From an uncultured Gammaproteobacteria bacterium (GTDB taxonomy: Bacteria > Patescibacteriota > Patescibacteriia > UBA1558 > GWA2-36-10): DNA of 64,000 nt. Below the pieces are notes generated by a model. It saw nothing but the letters and a program-made list of their open reading frames with translations. It searched no databases and was not told where the DNA came from. The translations under genes and the position numbers were made by a program. Below are positions 39,966 to 50,360 of the stretch, piece after piece. The stretch covers positions 16,013-80,012 of the forward strand of contig CAZEWH010000003.1 of assembly GCA_964515785.1 (NCBI GenBank), written 5' to 3'. How positions within the stretch are numbered: the first letter of the stretch is position 1; each line of letters begins with the position of its first letter.

Positions 39966-40686
39966 CCTGACTAGTATCTAGTTTATATTTTTGTAAAGTA
40001 ATCTTAGAAACTTCATCCAATAACAAAGCATTATTTACATCAAAATCGCCAATTTTGGTACGACGCAAGTCTGCTAAAAGCGCTCCTGTGGTCATAGCTT
40101 GTCCTAGATCATAAGCCAAACTACGGATATAAGTGCCAGCTGAAGCTGTCACTTTTATTTTTGCCTTAGGATATTCAAAATTTAAAATTTCTAAATTATA
40201 AATATTTATTTTTTTTGTAGGCGCTGTGACTTCTTTGCCTGCTCGGGCTAATTTATGTAATTTTTGTCCAGCTACTTTTTTGGCAGAATAAATTGGCGCT
40301 TGTTGTTCTTGTTCACCCAAAAATTTATTTAAATTATTTTTTAATTTAATTAAATCAAATTCTTGAGCTTTATTATTTATTTTTATCTCGCCTTCTAAAT
40401 CATAAGTATCAGAAGTTTGGCCAAATAAAATATCAGCTATATAAATTTTGGGTAGATTATGAAAGACATCAATAAATTTAGTAGCCTGACCAGTAGCCAT
40501 GATTAACAAACCAGAAGCAAGTGGATCTAGAGTGCCAGCAAAACCAACTTTTTTTATATTTAAAACTTTTCGTAATATAGCCACAGCTTTAAAAGAATTT
40601 ATACTTTTTGGTTTGTCTATTAAATAAAAACCAGCTTGCGGATCTGCCAAAATATTTTGAATTTTTTGTTTACTTATTTTTATCAT
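39931..40686 (-). CDS. truB: tRNA pseudouridine(55) synthase
   Basis: IDKP, KVGFAGTLDPLASG, PIYSAKK, SAGTYIRSL. Confidence 0.95.
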   Translation of the reverse strand: MIKISKQKIQNILADPQAGFYLIDKPKSINSFKAVAILRKVLNIKKVGFAGTLDPLASGLLIMATGQATKFIDVFHNLPKIYIADILFGQTSDTYDLEGEIKINNKAQEFDLIKLKNNLNKFLGEQEQQAPIYSAKKVAGQKLHKLARAGKEVTAPTKKINIYNLEILNFEYPKAKIKVTASAGTYIRSLAYDLGQAMTTGALLADLRRTKIGDFDVNNALLLDEVSKITLQKYKLDTSQVIKSLDQLFHQ

Positions 40687-42647
40687 GACTTTTTATTAAT
40701 CAAAATATCTAACTTGTCTCTTAGTTCTATAGCTTTTTCAAACTCCCAATTATCAGCTGCTAATTCCATTTGTTGTCTTAGATTATCTTGTAGCCCCTGA
40801 ATATCACTAGGTGATAATTCTTTGATTTCGTCTTTAAAATTTTTCTTGATATCTAGTTCTTTGAATTGCACTTCTTTGATTTTTTTAGAAATACTCTGAG
40901 GCTTAGTATTATATTTTTTATTATAATCTAATTGAGCCTTACGGCGGCGAGCCGTTTCTCTGATAGCGGCGATGATAGAACCAGTCTGATTATCAGCATA
41001 CATGATGACTCGACCATCTTGATGGCGAGCCGCTCTACCCATGACTTGCACTAGACTTGATTTTGATCTTAAAAATCCTTCTTTGTCAGCATCCAAAATA
41101 GCTACTAAAGACACTTCTGGAAGATCAAGGCCCTCTCGCAATAAATTTATGCCTACTAGGACATCATATTTACCAGCTCTCAAATCTCGCAATATTTCTA
41201 CTCGCTCTAAAGTCTTGATTTCAGAGTGCAGATATTGCACTTTAATATTGCGAGATAATAATACCTCTGTTAGATCTTCAGCTAAACGTTTAGTAAGAGT
41301 AGTGACCAACACTCGTTGCTTATTTTTAGTTGTTGCTTGAATTTCTTTGACCAGATCATCTATTTGACCTTTACTTGGCCTGATATCTATCTCAGGATCT
41401 ACTATATAAGTAGGACGGATAAGCTGCTCAACGACCTGCTTTGATTTGTCTAGCTCAGTATCAGCTGGAGTAGCTGATATATAAATAGTATTTTTTAGTA
41501 ATTTGTTAAACTCATCAATATCTAGTGGTCGATTATCAAAAGCAGATTGCAATCTAAAACCAAAATCTACCAGGTTTTGTTTGCGGGCTCTATCACCAGC
41601 ATACATACCACCGATTTGAGGCAAAGTCATATGAGATTCATCTATAAATACCAAAAAATCATCAGGAAAATAATCAAGCAAGCTATTTGGTGCATCACCT
41701 GGCTGTCTGCCATCAAAATAACGAGAATAATTTTCTATACCACCACAGTATCCAACTTGCTCTATCATTTCTAGATCATGATTAGTTCTAGTATTTAATC
41801 TCTCAGCAAATAAAGGTTCACCTTTTTTGTGTAAAGCAGCTACTTCTTTGTTTAGATCTTTTTTTATGATAGGTAATACTTTTTTAATCTTATCTTCAGC
41901 TGTCAAAAAGTGCTTGGCTGGAAAAATAAAAACTTGCTTAATCTTGTCTTTGACATGATGATTAAAAATATCTATTAGTTCAATGTTTTCTAATTTATCC
42001 CCGAAAAAATTCAGACGATAAAATTCATTTTCCTGACCAGAAGCAAAAATATCTATAATTTCTCCTCGCACAGCAAAAGTGCCACGACTCAAGACAGTGT
42101 CGTTGCGTTGATATTGTAGATTATTTAAATTTTTAAGTAATCTGAATCTATTATATTCTTTATTAATTTCTAAATCTATTTTAAAATCTGCATACTCAGC
42201 TGGATTACCAAGATTATAAATACAAGATACAGAAGCCACTATCAATACATCTCGTCGTGTTAATAAACTTTGAGTGGAAGCATGCCTTAATCTGTCTATT
42301 TCTTCATTGATCTGGGTTTCCTTGGCAATATAAGTATCTGAAGATGGAATATAAGCCTCAGGTTGGTAATAATCATAATAAGATACAAAGTAGTGAACTG
42401 CGTTATTTGGAAAAAAGTCTTGAAACTCAGAAGCAAGCTGAGCTGCCAAAGTCTTGTTATGACAAATCACTAAGGTCGGTCGATTGGTTTTGGCTACTAC
42501 ATTGGCCATAGTAAAAGTCTTGCCACTACCAGTCACACCTAAGAGAGTTTGGTGGTCATAATTCTTGTTTAAACCGTCAACCAAACTATCAATAGCTTGT
42601 TGTTGATCACCGGCTGGTTTAAATTTTGCTTTAAGCTGAAAATCCAT
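40683..42647 (-). CDS. uvrB: Excinuclease ABC subunit B
   Basis: GVTGSGKT, YFVSYYDYYQPEAY, DESH, GINLLREGLDLPEV. Confidence 0.98.
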   Translation of the reverse strand: MDFQLKAKFKPAGDQQQAIDSLVDGLNKNYDHQTLLGVTGSGKTFTMANVVAKTNRPTLVICHNKTLAAQLASEFQDFFPNNAVHYFVSYYDYYQPEAYIPSSDTYIAKETQINEEIDRLRHASTQSLLTRRDVLIVASVSCIYNLGNPAEYADFKIDLEINKEYNRFRLLKNLNNLQYQRNDTVLSRGTFAVRGEIIDIFASGQENEFYRLNFFGDKLENIELIDIFNHHVKDKIKQVFIFPAKHFLTAEDKIKKVLPIIKKDLNKEVAALHKKGEPLFAERLNTRTNHDLEMIEQVGYCGGIENYSRYFDGRQPGDAPNSLLDYFPDDFLVFIDESHMTLPQIGGMYAGDRARKQNLVDFGFRLQSAFDNRPLDIDEFNKLLKNTIYISATPADTELDKSKQVVEQLIRPTYIVDPEIDIRPSKGQIDDLVKEIQATTKNKQRVLVTTLTKRLAEDLTEVLLSRNIKVQYLHSEIKTLERVEILRDLRAGKYDVLVGINLLREGLDLPEVSLVAILDADKEGFLRSKSSLVQVMGRAARHQDGRVIMYADNQTGSIIAAIRETARRRKAQLDYNKKYNTKPQSISKKIKEVQFKELDIKKNFKDEIKELSPSDIQGLQDNLRQQMELAADNWEFEKAIELRDKLDILINKKS

Positions 42648-42731
42648 ACTAGAATATTAACAAATATTCAAAACTTGGCAAATAAAGAAAAATCCCCTAT
42701 TATTAAAAAATAACGAAAGGGGGTGAAAACC

Positions 42732-42974
42732 ATGAGTAAAGTATGCAATTGTCCCACATCTTTCAATATTGTAATCGGCCTATATTTAATAGCTTTTAGT
42801 ATTATAAGCTGGATACAACTTTGGGAAATTACTATGCCATCTTGGCTAATATTAGTCAACTTAATTTTAGGATTATTAATTATTATTTTAAATTCACTTA
42901 ATCGTGCATATGAAAAAGCAGAAAATTTATCTGTTGAAGAAGCCAATAAACTCCACGCCAACGAAGGCTTCTAA
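42732..42974 (+). CDS. Small 2-TM membrane protein
   Basis: AAAGGGGGTGA SD before ATG 42732; two hydrophobic helices; terminator about 42993-43026. Confidence 0.65.
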   Translation: MSKVCNCPTSFNIVIGLYLIAFSIISWIQLWEITMPSWLILVNLILGLLIIILNSLNRAYEKAENLSVEEANKLHANEGF

Positions 42975-43029
42975 ACAAAATAATTCAACATAAAAACACC
43001 CTGATAGAAAATATCAAGGTGTTTTTATT

Positions 43030-45963
43030 TTACTCAATAAAATTGACGATAATACCTGGAGTAGTAAATAAATTATTAGATCTATCTTTGACTATCATAT
43101 AAAATTTATAAACACCTGGGGTAAGTTCGTGTGTTAGACCAACTGATAAATTATTGACACTTGGATTTTCTATATAATTGAACCAACGAGAATTATCTTC
43201 AGGGTCAAGATAATAAAAATCCAATTTCTTTACTTTACTAGGATTGTCTATATTAAGCTGCAAGCTCAAAGGCAGATCACTTACTGACAGAGTTTCACCA
43301 TTGCTAGGATCAAGCCACAAAATATTAAAATCACGATCATTATCGTCAAGCTGTAAATTTATATTTATAGTCTTGTCTTTAAAATTATCCAAATCATCAA
43401 AAGCAATTGCTTTGAATTGATGCTGTCCATTACTCAAAAATGGATTTATCTGATAAGTAAAGTCAAAGGGTTCACTATAAGCTGTGCCAATCAAATCATC
43501 ATCTATAAAATATTCTACTCTCTCTACACCACGCGGTGCTGAAGCATTGACTCGCATATCAAAACTTCCCTGAGTAATAGTCTGATTATTATTTGGTGAC
43601 AACAAAGAAATATTAGGTTGTAAATCAGCCAAATGAATATCATCATATTCAGTAGGAGCAGACTCTGCTGTATAACCATTTTCTTCAGCCCATTTTTGAA
43701 CTACTTCTTCCCATAGTTCATACTGCGGATCTGATACTGGATTAGACAAAGGGTCACCCAGAGGATCATTTGTATTTACATAATGTAAAATACTATGAGC
43801 CTCTAAATATTGTTTTTCTTTGCGAGTAGTATAGGGTGTATATTCAGTAGCAAGCTTACCTGACATAGTATCAATCATTACTGGTTCACCGCCGCCCATC
43901 TCACCACAAACCATTGGCTTGTCACAGTCATCCAAATCATGAAGCTTAAATCCTACTACTGGCATATCTTTGGTGGCCTCACGCATAAATTTGTTCCAAA
44001 TAGGGGCTGCTACCTGACCACCACTAGCTCCTTTTTTCATCTCAGTATTATCGTTGTTACCTACCCAGACACCAGTCGCAATCTGTGGTGTAAAGCCAAT
44101 TGTCCAGGCATCTCTATAATCATTGGTTGTACCTGTTTTGGCAGCTACTTGTCTGTCTGCTAGAGTCAATAAATTATTTTCTCCAAAAACATAAGCTCGA
44201 GCAGAGTTATCTGATAATACCTCATTCAAAACACGAACTGGTTCTTTATCTATTACTCGACGGCCTTTATTATCTTGATTATCTTCAACTACTTTTCCGT
44301 TACTATCTTCTATTTTTAAGATTGGATTGGACTCCATAAAAACACCTTCACGAGCCATAGTAGCATAAGCATTGACGTGCTCCAATAACTTGACTTCACC
44401 ACCACCAAGTACTAAAGATAATCCATAGCGATCTCGCTCTGTCAAAGTACTATAACCAAACTCAGCAGCCAGATCCAAAGTATTGTAAACTCCTGCTAGA
44501 TAAAGAGTTTTGACTGCTGCAATATTGAGAGAGCCAGCCAAGGCCTTACGCATGCTTACTGGACCATGTTCTTCTAGATCATAATTGTGTGGCTCATAAT
44601 CATCACCACCAGAAGCAAAATTGGTCACTAGATCAAAAACTACTGATTCTGGTCTAAAGCCTTGAGAGAAAGCCTCTAAATAAACCAAAGGCTTCATACT
44701 GCTACCTGGTTGACGCTTGGCCAGAGCTACATTGACTTGACCATCTATATCATCATCAAAATAATCTTTGGAACCAACCATAGCTAATATTTGAGCTGTC
44801 TCAACATCTATAGATACTAGAGCAGCATTATTTGCTTCCCAGTCTTCTAAATTAGTTTCTGCAATTTCTTCAATAGTTGCTTCAGCGGTTTGCTGCAAAT
44901 CCCAATCAAGTGAAGTAGTAATCTTCCAACCGCTCTGTTCAAGGTTGGTAGTACCATATTTATTTTCTAAAAATTCACGAACATACAAAACAAAATGTGG
45001 TGCTTTTATATTTTCTATTCTTTTTTTGAAAATTAATTCCTCAGCTTTAGCAGCTTCAGCATCAATTGAAGAAATAAAATCTTGTTCCTCCATCAAATCT
45101 AAGACAATATGCTGACGATCTATTAATTTATCTTTATTGGAGCCATAGGGAGAATAATAAGTCGGACCTTTTGGCAAAGAAGCCAAGATAGCTGCTTCAG
45201 CCAAACTAAGATCTTTGGCTGCCTTACCAAAATAATAATGAGCCGCTGACTCTACACCATAAGCAGAACTCCCATAAGGTATTTCATTGAAATAAAACTG
45301 CAGAATTTCTTGTTTGGAATATTTAGATTCTATACGATAAGACAAAATCCATTCTTTGATTTTACGAGATACTTTTCTCTCGTTGGTAAGAATAGCATTT
45401 TTGACAAACTGTTGAGTCAGGGTCGATCCACCTTGAGCACGCTTGCCTTGCAGACGTGGTACAATCTGTCCTCGGATAATACCCCATAAAGAAATCCCTT
45501 TATGTTCATAAAAATTTTTGTCTTCAATAGCAATCGTAGCATTGATTACATAATCTGGTAATTCTTCTATATCTATCAAAGTCCTGTTTTCTGGACCATG
45601 TACCTCATAAAGTAAAGTCTCACCTGTACGGTCATAAATCTTGGCGCTCAAAGCTACGCTACGATCCATAATCTTGCCTGGTTCTGGCAAATCTTTGGAA
45701 TAATAAACAAACAAAATAATAATAAAAATACCAAATAATAGCACCCCAGCTGTGATAAATGGCCATAATCTGCGTATTAAACGCTTGGATAAACTCTTTT
45801 TTGGGGTCTTTTTAATCTTATTAGAAGAAGAAAAACGCCTTTTTTTAGGCCTTTTTTTCTTCATTTTAATATCTGCATTGATATTATGACTAGTAAATTT
45901 GGGCTTACTATTACCTATTTGCCGGCTACGAAAGCCAGTCTTTTTTAATTGGGGAATTGGCAT
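43030..45963 (-). CDS. Class A penicillin-binding protein (PBP1A family) with C-terminal Ig-like domains
   Basis: EDKNFYEH, GGSTLTQQ, RKIKE; SSMK, SLN, KTG motifs. Confidence 0.95.
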   Translation of the reverse strand: MPIPQLKKTGFRSRQIGNSKPKFTSHNINADIKMKKKRPKKRRFSSSNKIKKTPKKSLSKRLIRRLWPFITAGVLLFGIFIIILFVYYSKDLPEPGKIMDRSVALSAKIYDRTGETLLYEVHGPENRTLIDIEELPDYVINATIAIEDKNFYEHKGISLWGIIRGQIVPRLQGKRAQGGSTLTQQFVKNAILTNERKVSRKIKEWILSYRIESKYSKQEILQFYFNEIPYGSSAYGVESAAHYYFGKAAKDLSLAEAAILASLPKGPTYYSPYGSNKDKLIDRQHIVLDLMEEQDFISSIDAEAAKAEELIFKKRIENIKAPHFVLYVREFLENKYGTTNLEQSGWKITTSLDWDLQQTAEATIEEIAETNLEDWEANNAALVSIDVETAQILAMVGSKDYFDDDIDGQVNVALAKRQPGSSMKPLVYLEAFSQGFRPESVVFDLVTNFASGGDDYEPHNYDLEEHGPVSMRKALAGSLNIAAVKTLYLAGVYNTLDLAAEFGYSTLTERDRYGLSLVLGGGEVKLLEHVNAYATMAREGVFMESNPILKIEDSNGKVVEDNQDNKGRRVIDKEPVRVLNEVLSDNSARAYVFGENNLLTLADRQVAAKTGTTNDYRDAWTIGFTPQIATGVWVGNNDNTEMKKGASGGQVAAPIWNKFMREATKDMPVVGFKLHDLDDCDKPMVCGEMGGGEPVMIDTMSGKLATEYTPYTTRKEKQYLEAHSILHYVNTNDPLGDPLSNPVSDPQYELWEEVVQKWAEENGYTAESAPTEYDDIHLADLQPNISLLSPNNNQTITQGSFDMRVNASAPRGVERVEYFIDDDLIGTAYSEPFDFTYQINPFLSNGQHQFKAIAFDDLDNFKDKTININLQLDDNDRDFNILWLDPSNGETLSVSDLPLSLQLNIDNPSKVKKLDFYYLDPEDNSRWFNYIENPSVNNLSVGLTHELTPGVYKFYMIVKDRSNNLFTTPGIIVNFIE

Positions 45964-46034
45964 ATATTATCAGTATTTGAATTATACCAAAAATACGCTA
46001 TAATTTGAATATAATAAGTGAATAAAAATTTGCT

Positions 46035-47243
46035 ATGACTAAAGTTAGTACAGATCAGGAAAAAATTCAAGAACTAATGACCCGGGGTGTTCAGAACATT
46101 TATCCAAATCCCGATTTTTTAACTAAGGCTCTAAAATCAGGAAAACAACTGACTTTGTATTTGGGTATAGATCCAACTGGTCCAACTTTGCATCTTGGGC
46201 ATGCTATTCCTCTCAAAAAATTAGCTGAGTTTCAAGCTCTTGGTCATAAAGTAATATTATTGATCGGTAATTTTACAGCCACTATCGGAGACCCGACTGA
46301 CAAGGCGGCTACTCGCAAACCTCTTACTCGTCAGCAGGTCTTAGATAATGCATCAGATTATAAAAAACAAGCAAAAACTTTTTTGAAATTTTCTGGAGCC
46401 AATAAAGCCGATTTTAAATACAATGCAGTTTGGTTTGATAAATTAAATTTTGCTGAGGTTTTAAAATTATCTTCTCATTTTACTGTCCAGCAATTACTAG
46501 AGCGTGATATGTTTGACAAGCGCATGAAGGATGGCAAACCAATTGGCTTACACGAATTTTTGTACCCAGTGATGCAAGCTTATGATTCTGTAGCTATGAA
46601 TGTAGATGGTGAAATTGGTGGCAATGATCAGACCTTCAACATGCTAGCTGGCCGAACTTTGATGAAGTCCACAGGCAATAAAGAAAAATTTGTCTTGACT
46701 ATGAAATTGTTGGCTGACAATACTGGTACCAAGATGGGAAAGACTGAAGGTAATATGCTGGCCATGTCAGACAGTCCTCAAGATATGTTTGGTAAAGTAA
46801 TGTCTTGGACAGATGACATGATCATCGATGGTTTTGAACTTTGTAGTAATACATCTATGAAAGATATCAAAAAATTTGCCCAAGAATTGGAATCTGGTAC
46901 AAATCCTCGAGATATCAAATTTAAATTAGCTACAGAAATAGTAAAATTTTATTATTCTGACAAAGATGCTGAAATATCTGGACAAGAATTTAATAAAATT
47001 TTTAGCGAAAAAGGCAAGCCTAGTGACATGTCAGAGTTTGATATAGCTAGTGGCAAAATAAATCCAGTAGATTTATTAATTAATCTAAAATTCTCTACTT
47101 CAAAATCTGAAGCTAAGCGCTTAATTACTGGCAATGGCTTTAAAGTTAATGATAAAAAAATAACAGACTGGCAAACAGATATAGCTATCAAATCTGGCGA
47201 TGTTATCCAGGCTGGTAAACGTAAATTTGGAAAGATAAAATAA
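46035..47243 (+). CDS. tyrS: Tyrosine--tRNA ligase
   Basis: GIDPTG..LHLGH, YPVMQAYD, GGNDQ, KMGKT; S4 domain. Confidence 0.97.
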   Translation: MTKVSTDQEKIQELMTRGVQNIYPNPDFLTKALKSGKQLTLYLGIDPTGPTLHLGHAIPLKKLAEFQALGHKVILLIGNFTATIGDPTDKAATRKPLTRQQVLDNASDYKKQAKTFLKFSGANKADFKYNAVWFDKLNFAEVLKLSSHFTVQQLLERDMFDKRMKDGKPIGLHEFLYPVMQAYDSVAMNVDGEIGGNDQTFNMLAGRTLMKSTGNKEKFVLTMKLLADNTGTKMGKTEGNMLAMSDSPQDMFGKVMSWTDDMIIDGFELCSNTSMKDIKKFAQELESGTNPRDIKFKLATEIVKFYYSDKDAEISGQEFNKIFSEKGKPSDMSEFDIASGKINPVDLLINLKFSTSKSEAKRLITGNGFKVNDKKITDWQTDIAIKSGDVIQAGKRKFGKIK

Positions 47244-47938
47244 TGATCAAACCAATTACCACATTATTTATGCTTATTTCAGTTGATGGTAAAATATCAA
47301 CTGGTAATACAGATAAACTAGATTTTGATAAAGACCTCCCTAAAATAAAAGGAATCAAAGAAGGTCTACAACAATATTATGATATTGAAAAAACCACTGA
47401 TTATCATTCTTTAAACTCTGGTAAAGTACTAGCAAAAATCGGAGCTAATAAACCTCAAAAAAATATTGCCAAAACAGTAGTTCGTTTTTTGATTATAGAC
47501 AATAAACCTCACCTCAATAAAACTGGCGTAGATAATTTTATTAGAAAAAGCAAAAAACTGTATATTATTACTACCAATAAAAAACATCCTGCTTTTTTAC
47601 GTAAAGACGCAGATAATCTTGAGATTATTTATTATCCAAAAACTATAGACTTTGTAGATTTATTCAAAAAACTAAAAAAAGATTTTGATGTAAAAAGATT
47701 GACGATCCAAACCGGTGGCACACTAAATTCTATCTTCTTGAGAAATAAATTAATCGACAAATTATCTATAGTCGTAGCGCCAGCCTTGGTTGGCGGCAAA
47801 GATACATCTTCTTTGATCGACGGCAAGTCACTATCTTCTGTCAAAGAATTGTCTCAAATAAAAGCTTTGAAATTACTCACAGTAAAAAAACTAAAAAACT
47901 CTTATATACATCTTAAATACTCTATTATTAATAAATAA
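47243..47938 (+). CDS. RibD C-terminal/DHFR-fold reductase
   Basis: SVDGKI, TGGTLNS, LIDKLS.V.AP.LVGG. Confidence 0.85.
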   Translation: MIKPITTLFMLISVDGKISTGNTDKLDFDKDLPKIKGIKEGLQQYYDIEKTTDYHSLNSGKVLAKIGANKPQKNIAKTVVRFLIIDNKPHLNKTGVDNFIRKSKKLYIITTNKKHPAFLRKDADNLEIIYYPKTIDFVDLFKKLKKDFDVKRLTIQTGGTLNSIFLRNKLIDKLSIVVAPALVGGKDTSSLIDGKSLSSVKELSQIKALKLLTVKKLKNSYIHLKYSIINK

Positions 47939-47950
47939 AAATAAAAATAT

Positions 47951-48568
47951 ATGGACGTAAAAAATTCACCAAAACAACATCTGATAGTAGGAATATTTTC
48001 TATAATTCTAGTTATTATTCTCCATTATTTATTAGATTTAGAGTGGGCCAAGGCTTTTGCTAGAACTTCATTTTTTCTTTTATTCTTGATAATGATAATC
48101 GGGCCACTGACTAGAATAAAAACTCCTACTAAAAGTGCAGAACCCCTAGTAAGTCCCTGGAGATGGCGAGGAGAATTGGGTATTTGGTTTTTTCTGACAG
48201 CTCTAATGCATTTTATTCTTTTATTAACAGACAGGTCTTTATCTACTATGATCAAAATTGGTGGATCTGGATATAGCTTGACCAATCTACTTGGTCTCAT
48301 TGCTTTGATCATGGCTATATTATTAGCTATCACTTCTATAGGAAAAGTTATTTCCTGGCTAGGAGTCAGATCTTGGAAAAGATTACATAGTTTGACCTAT
48401 GTGGTTTTTTATCTAGTGGCTGCTCACTATATATATTTTCAATTTTTCTCAACCTACGGCAAAGTTGGTCCTGATTGGTTTGGTTGGATAGCAACTATTC
48501 TGACTATCATCGCTATAATCCTACAAATCATTGCTTTTATAAAAACTGTTTTAAAACAAAAAAAATAA
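47951..48568 (+). CDS. Ferric reductase-like transmembrane (MsrQ/YedZ-like) protein
   Basis: R.ELG......H, LAITS, WKRLH.LTY......H heme ligands. Confidence 0.85.
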   Translation: MDVKNSPKQHLIVGIFSIILVIILHYLLDLEWAKAFARTSFFLLFLIMIIGPLTRIKTPTKSAEPLVSPWRWRGELGIWFFLTALMHFILLLTDRSLSTMIKIGGSGYSLTNLLGLIALIMAILLAITSIGKVISWLGVRSWKRLHSLTYVVFYLVAAHYIYFQFFSTYGKVGPDWFGWIATILTIIAIILQIIAFIKTVLKQKK

Positions 48569-48571
48569 ACT

Positions 48572-48600
48572 CCCGCCAGAGGCGGGTCCGCCTTTGGCGG
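48572..48600. repeat. Tandem CCGCC-NNN-GGCGG palindromes
   Basis: CCCGCCAGAGGCGGG-T-CCGCCTTTGGCGG. Confidence 0.75.
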
Positions 48601-48651
48601 AAAAATAACCAAATAGAAAAGACGTTCTAAAAATGAACGTCTTTTTTGAAA

Positions 48652-48984
48652 TTAGAGCTTAGCCTCTAGCTTGGCCCAAAACTCACCTTTAGGATCACTA
48701 TGCCAAGTACCATCTGGCTCTTCGACATCAAAACGATCCTCACACACTCTGACAGTGATTCCAAACTCCACATTACCTTCACTGAAGAATTTTACTTCGT
48801 AATGTGGCACTTGCTCAAGGTCAACCGACTCAATAGACCCATGATCTTCGCGGCCTCCACCAGCTGCCCAAAAGAAAAGGTCGTCTGCTTCTTGTGGATC
48901 GTCGATCACTACTGATTGAATTTCTGATTGACCAGGCATGTGTTTGGTAGCTTCAACTCTGACCATTTTAGGAACATGTCCCAC
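48652..48984 (-). CDS. Hypothetical protein (cassette J, gene 3)
   Basis: AGGAGG SD supports GTG 48984; terminator 48617-48647. Confidence 0.7.
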   Translation of the reverse strand: MGHVPKMVRVEATKHMPGQSEIQSVVIDDPQEADDLFFWAAGGGREDHGSIESVDLEQVPHYEVKFFSEGNVEFGITVRVCEDRFDVEEPDGTWHSDPKGEFWAKLEAKL

Positions 48985-48994
48985 GATTAACCTC

Positions 48995-49291
48995 CTAACC
49001 CTCTTCAGAGCTTTTAAAGAAATCTCCCCAAGGGCCATCAACTAACTTCAGAATGGTCAACGGCACTTCAAAACGCTGATGATTCATGCTCGGTACCAGG
49101 ATCGTAGCTATGTCATTACCAGAAATCTGATCCGGTACATCATCTTCATTGATAATGCCTGTCGTTGCTTCCTCCATTGCCACGATAATGCCCTTGGTGT
49201 CAGCTGGTAGATCTTCATGAGCTTCGATCAGAGTGACTTCAGTTTCCATCAGATCTTCAGCTGTGAATTCAACTTCTACTCTTGCTCCCAT
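48995..49291 (-). CDS. Acidic hypothetical protein (cassette J, gene 2)
   Basis: AAGGAGG SD supports ATG 49291. Confidence 0.7.
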   Translation of the reverse strand: MGARVEVEFTAEDLMETEVTLIEAHEDLPADTKGIIVAMEEATTGIINEDDVPDQISGNDIATILVPSMNHQRFEVPLTILKLVDGPWGDFFKSSEEG

Positions 49292-49314
49292 GTTCAACCT
49301 CCTTATAAAGACAA

Positions 49315-49617
49315 CTATTCAAGTAACTCACAAAACATTTTACCAAAGACAAGAGCAGACATATGCTCTAATAGAGTATTCTCACGCCACCACGCAGCTG
49401 CTTTTGGACTCTTGATTGCAAGGATCTCTACAGCTTGCATTGCATCCACAGGATATCCCATTATGTTCTCAGGTTCTGCTAGACCACCATGAACACCTGT
49501 ATGAACACCCCTATTAAGATCGATAGCTTTGATAGGAATTTCCAAACCAACCCATTGTTCTCGCACCCATTCTGGGGCTTGTCCCGCAGGGACGCTGGTA
49601 ATCCTGATTTTTGACAT
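49315..49617 (-). CDS. Hypothetical protein (cassette J, gene 1)
   Basis: AGGAGG SD supports ATG 49617; TTGCTT-16-TAATCT promoter; PAGQAPEWVR.QWVGL motif. Confidence 0.75.
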   Translation of the reverse strand: MSKIRITSVPAGQAPEWVREQWVGLEIPIKAIDLNRGVHTGVHGGLAEPENIMGYPVDAMQAVEILAIKSPKAAAWWRENTLLEHMSALVFGKMFCELLE

Positions 49618-49709
49618 AGTCAAACCTCCTGGTTAAATGAAAAGATCAGGTTCTTCAATAGATTAACATAATTTATTTAAAAAGCAAACCTCGGCCTAGG
49701 CCGAGGTTT

Positions 49710-50360
49710 TTATAATACTTCTATGAGTTCTAAAGTTATTTCATCTAAATGCGTGACTAGAGTATCCGCGGGATATTGTTTCGACTTATCTGGCACATAG
49801 CCAATACACTTCATGTTGGCAGCTTGAGCTGCTTGCATGCCAGATAGTCCGTCTTCGATAACAATACATTCTAAGGGCAAGACATCTAGCCGTTCAGCGG
49901 CTAACAAAAATACATCAGGAGCCGGTTTACCGTCTTTGACTTCATGGCCGCTAGTCAAAATATCAAACTTTTTTTTGAGATCAAGTTTATCCATGATTAC
50001 ATTTATATTTGGCAAAGTAGAGGTAGAAGCTACTGCTAATTTCAAGTTAGCATTTACTAATCTATCTACTAATTCAAAAATTCCAGGAATGGGTGGGGTA
50101 AATTTTTTAAGAGATTCTATCATTTTATCTCTTTTATCATGGACTAGCTGAGAAATTTTTTCTTGACTAATGTCTATATCAGCTTCTTTGAATAATTCTG
50201 TAAAAAAATCTACAGCTCGCCGTCCACTATACCTGGCTGTAATCTCTTCAGCTGTGATATTTATACCATGATTATTCAAAATCTCGGCTTCTAAAGCAGA
50301 ATGGATTTTCTGAGTATCAGATATCACTCCATCCATGTCAAAAATAATGGCTTTGATCAT
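49710..50360 (-). CDS. HAD-family phosphatase/beta-phosphoglucomutase-like
   Basis: IFDMDGVISDT, AVASTS, GKPAPD, IED...G. Confidence 0.9.
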   Translation of the reverse strand: MIKAIIFDMDGVISDTQKIHSALEAEILNNHGINITAEEITARYSGRRAVDFFTELFKEADIDISQEKISQLVHDKRDKMIESLKKFTPPIPGIFELVDRLVNANLKLAVASTSTLPNINVIMDKLDLKKKFDILTSGHEVKDGKPAPDVFLLAAERLDVLPLECIVIEDGLSGMQAAQAANMKCIGYVPDKSKQYPADTLVTHLDEITLELIEVL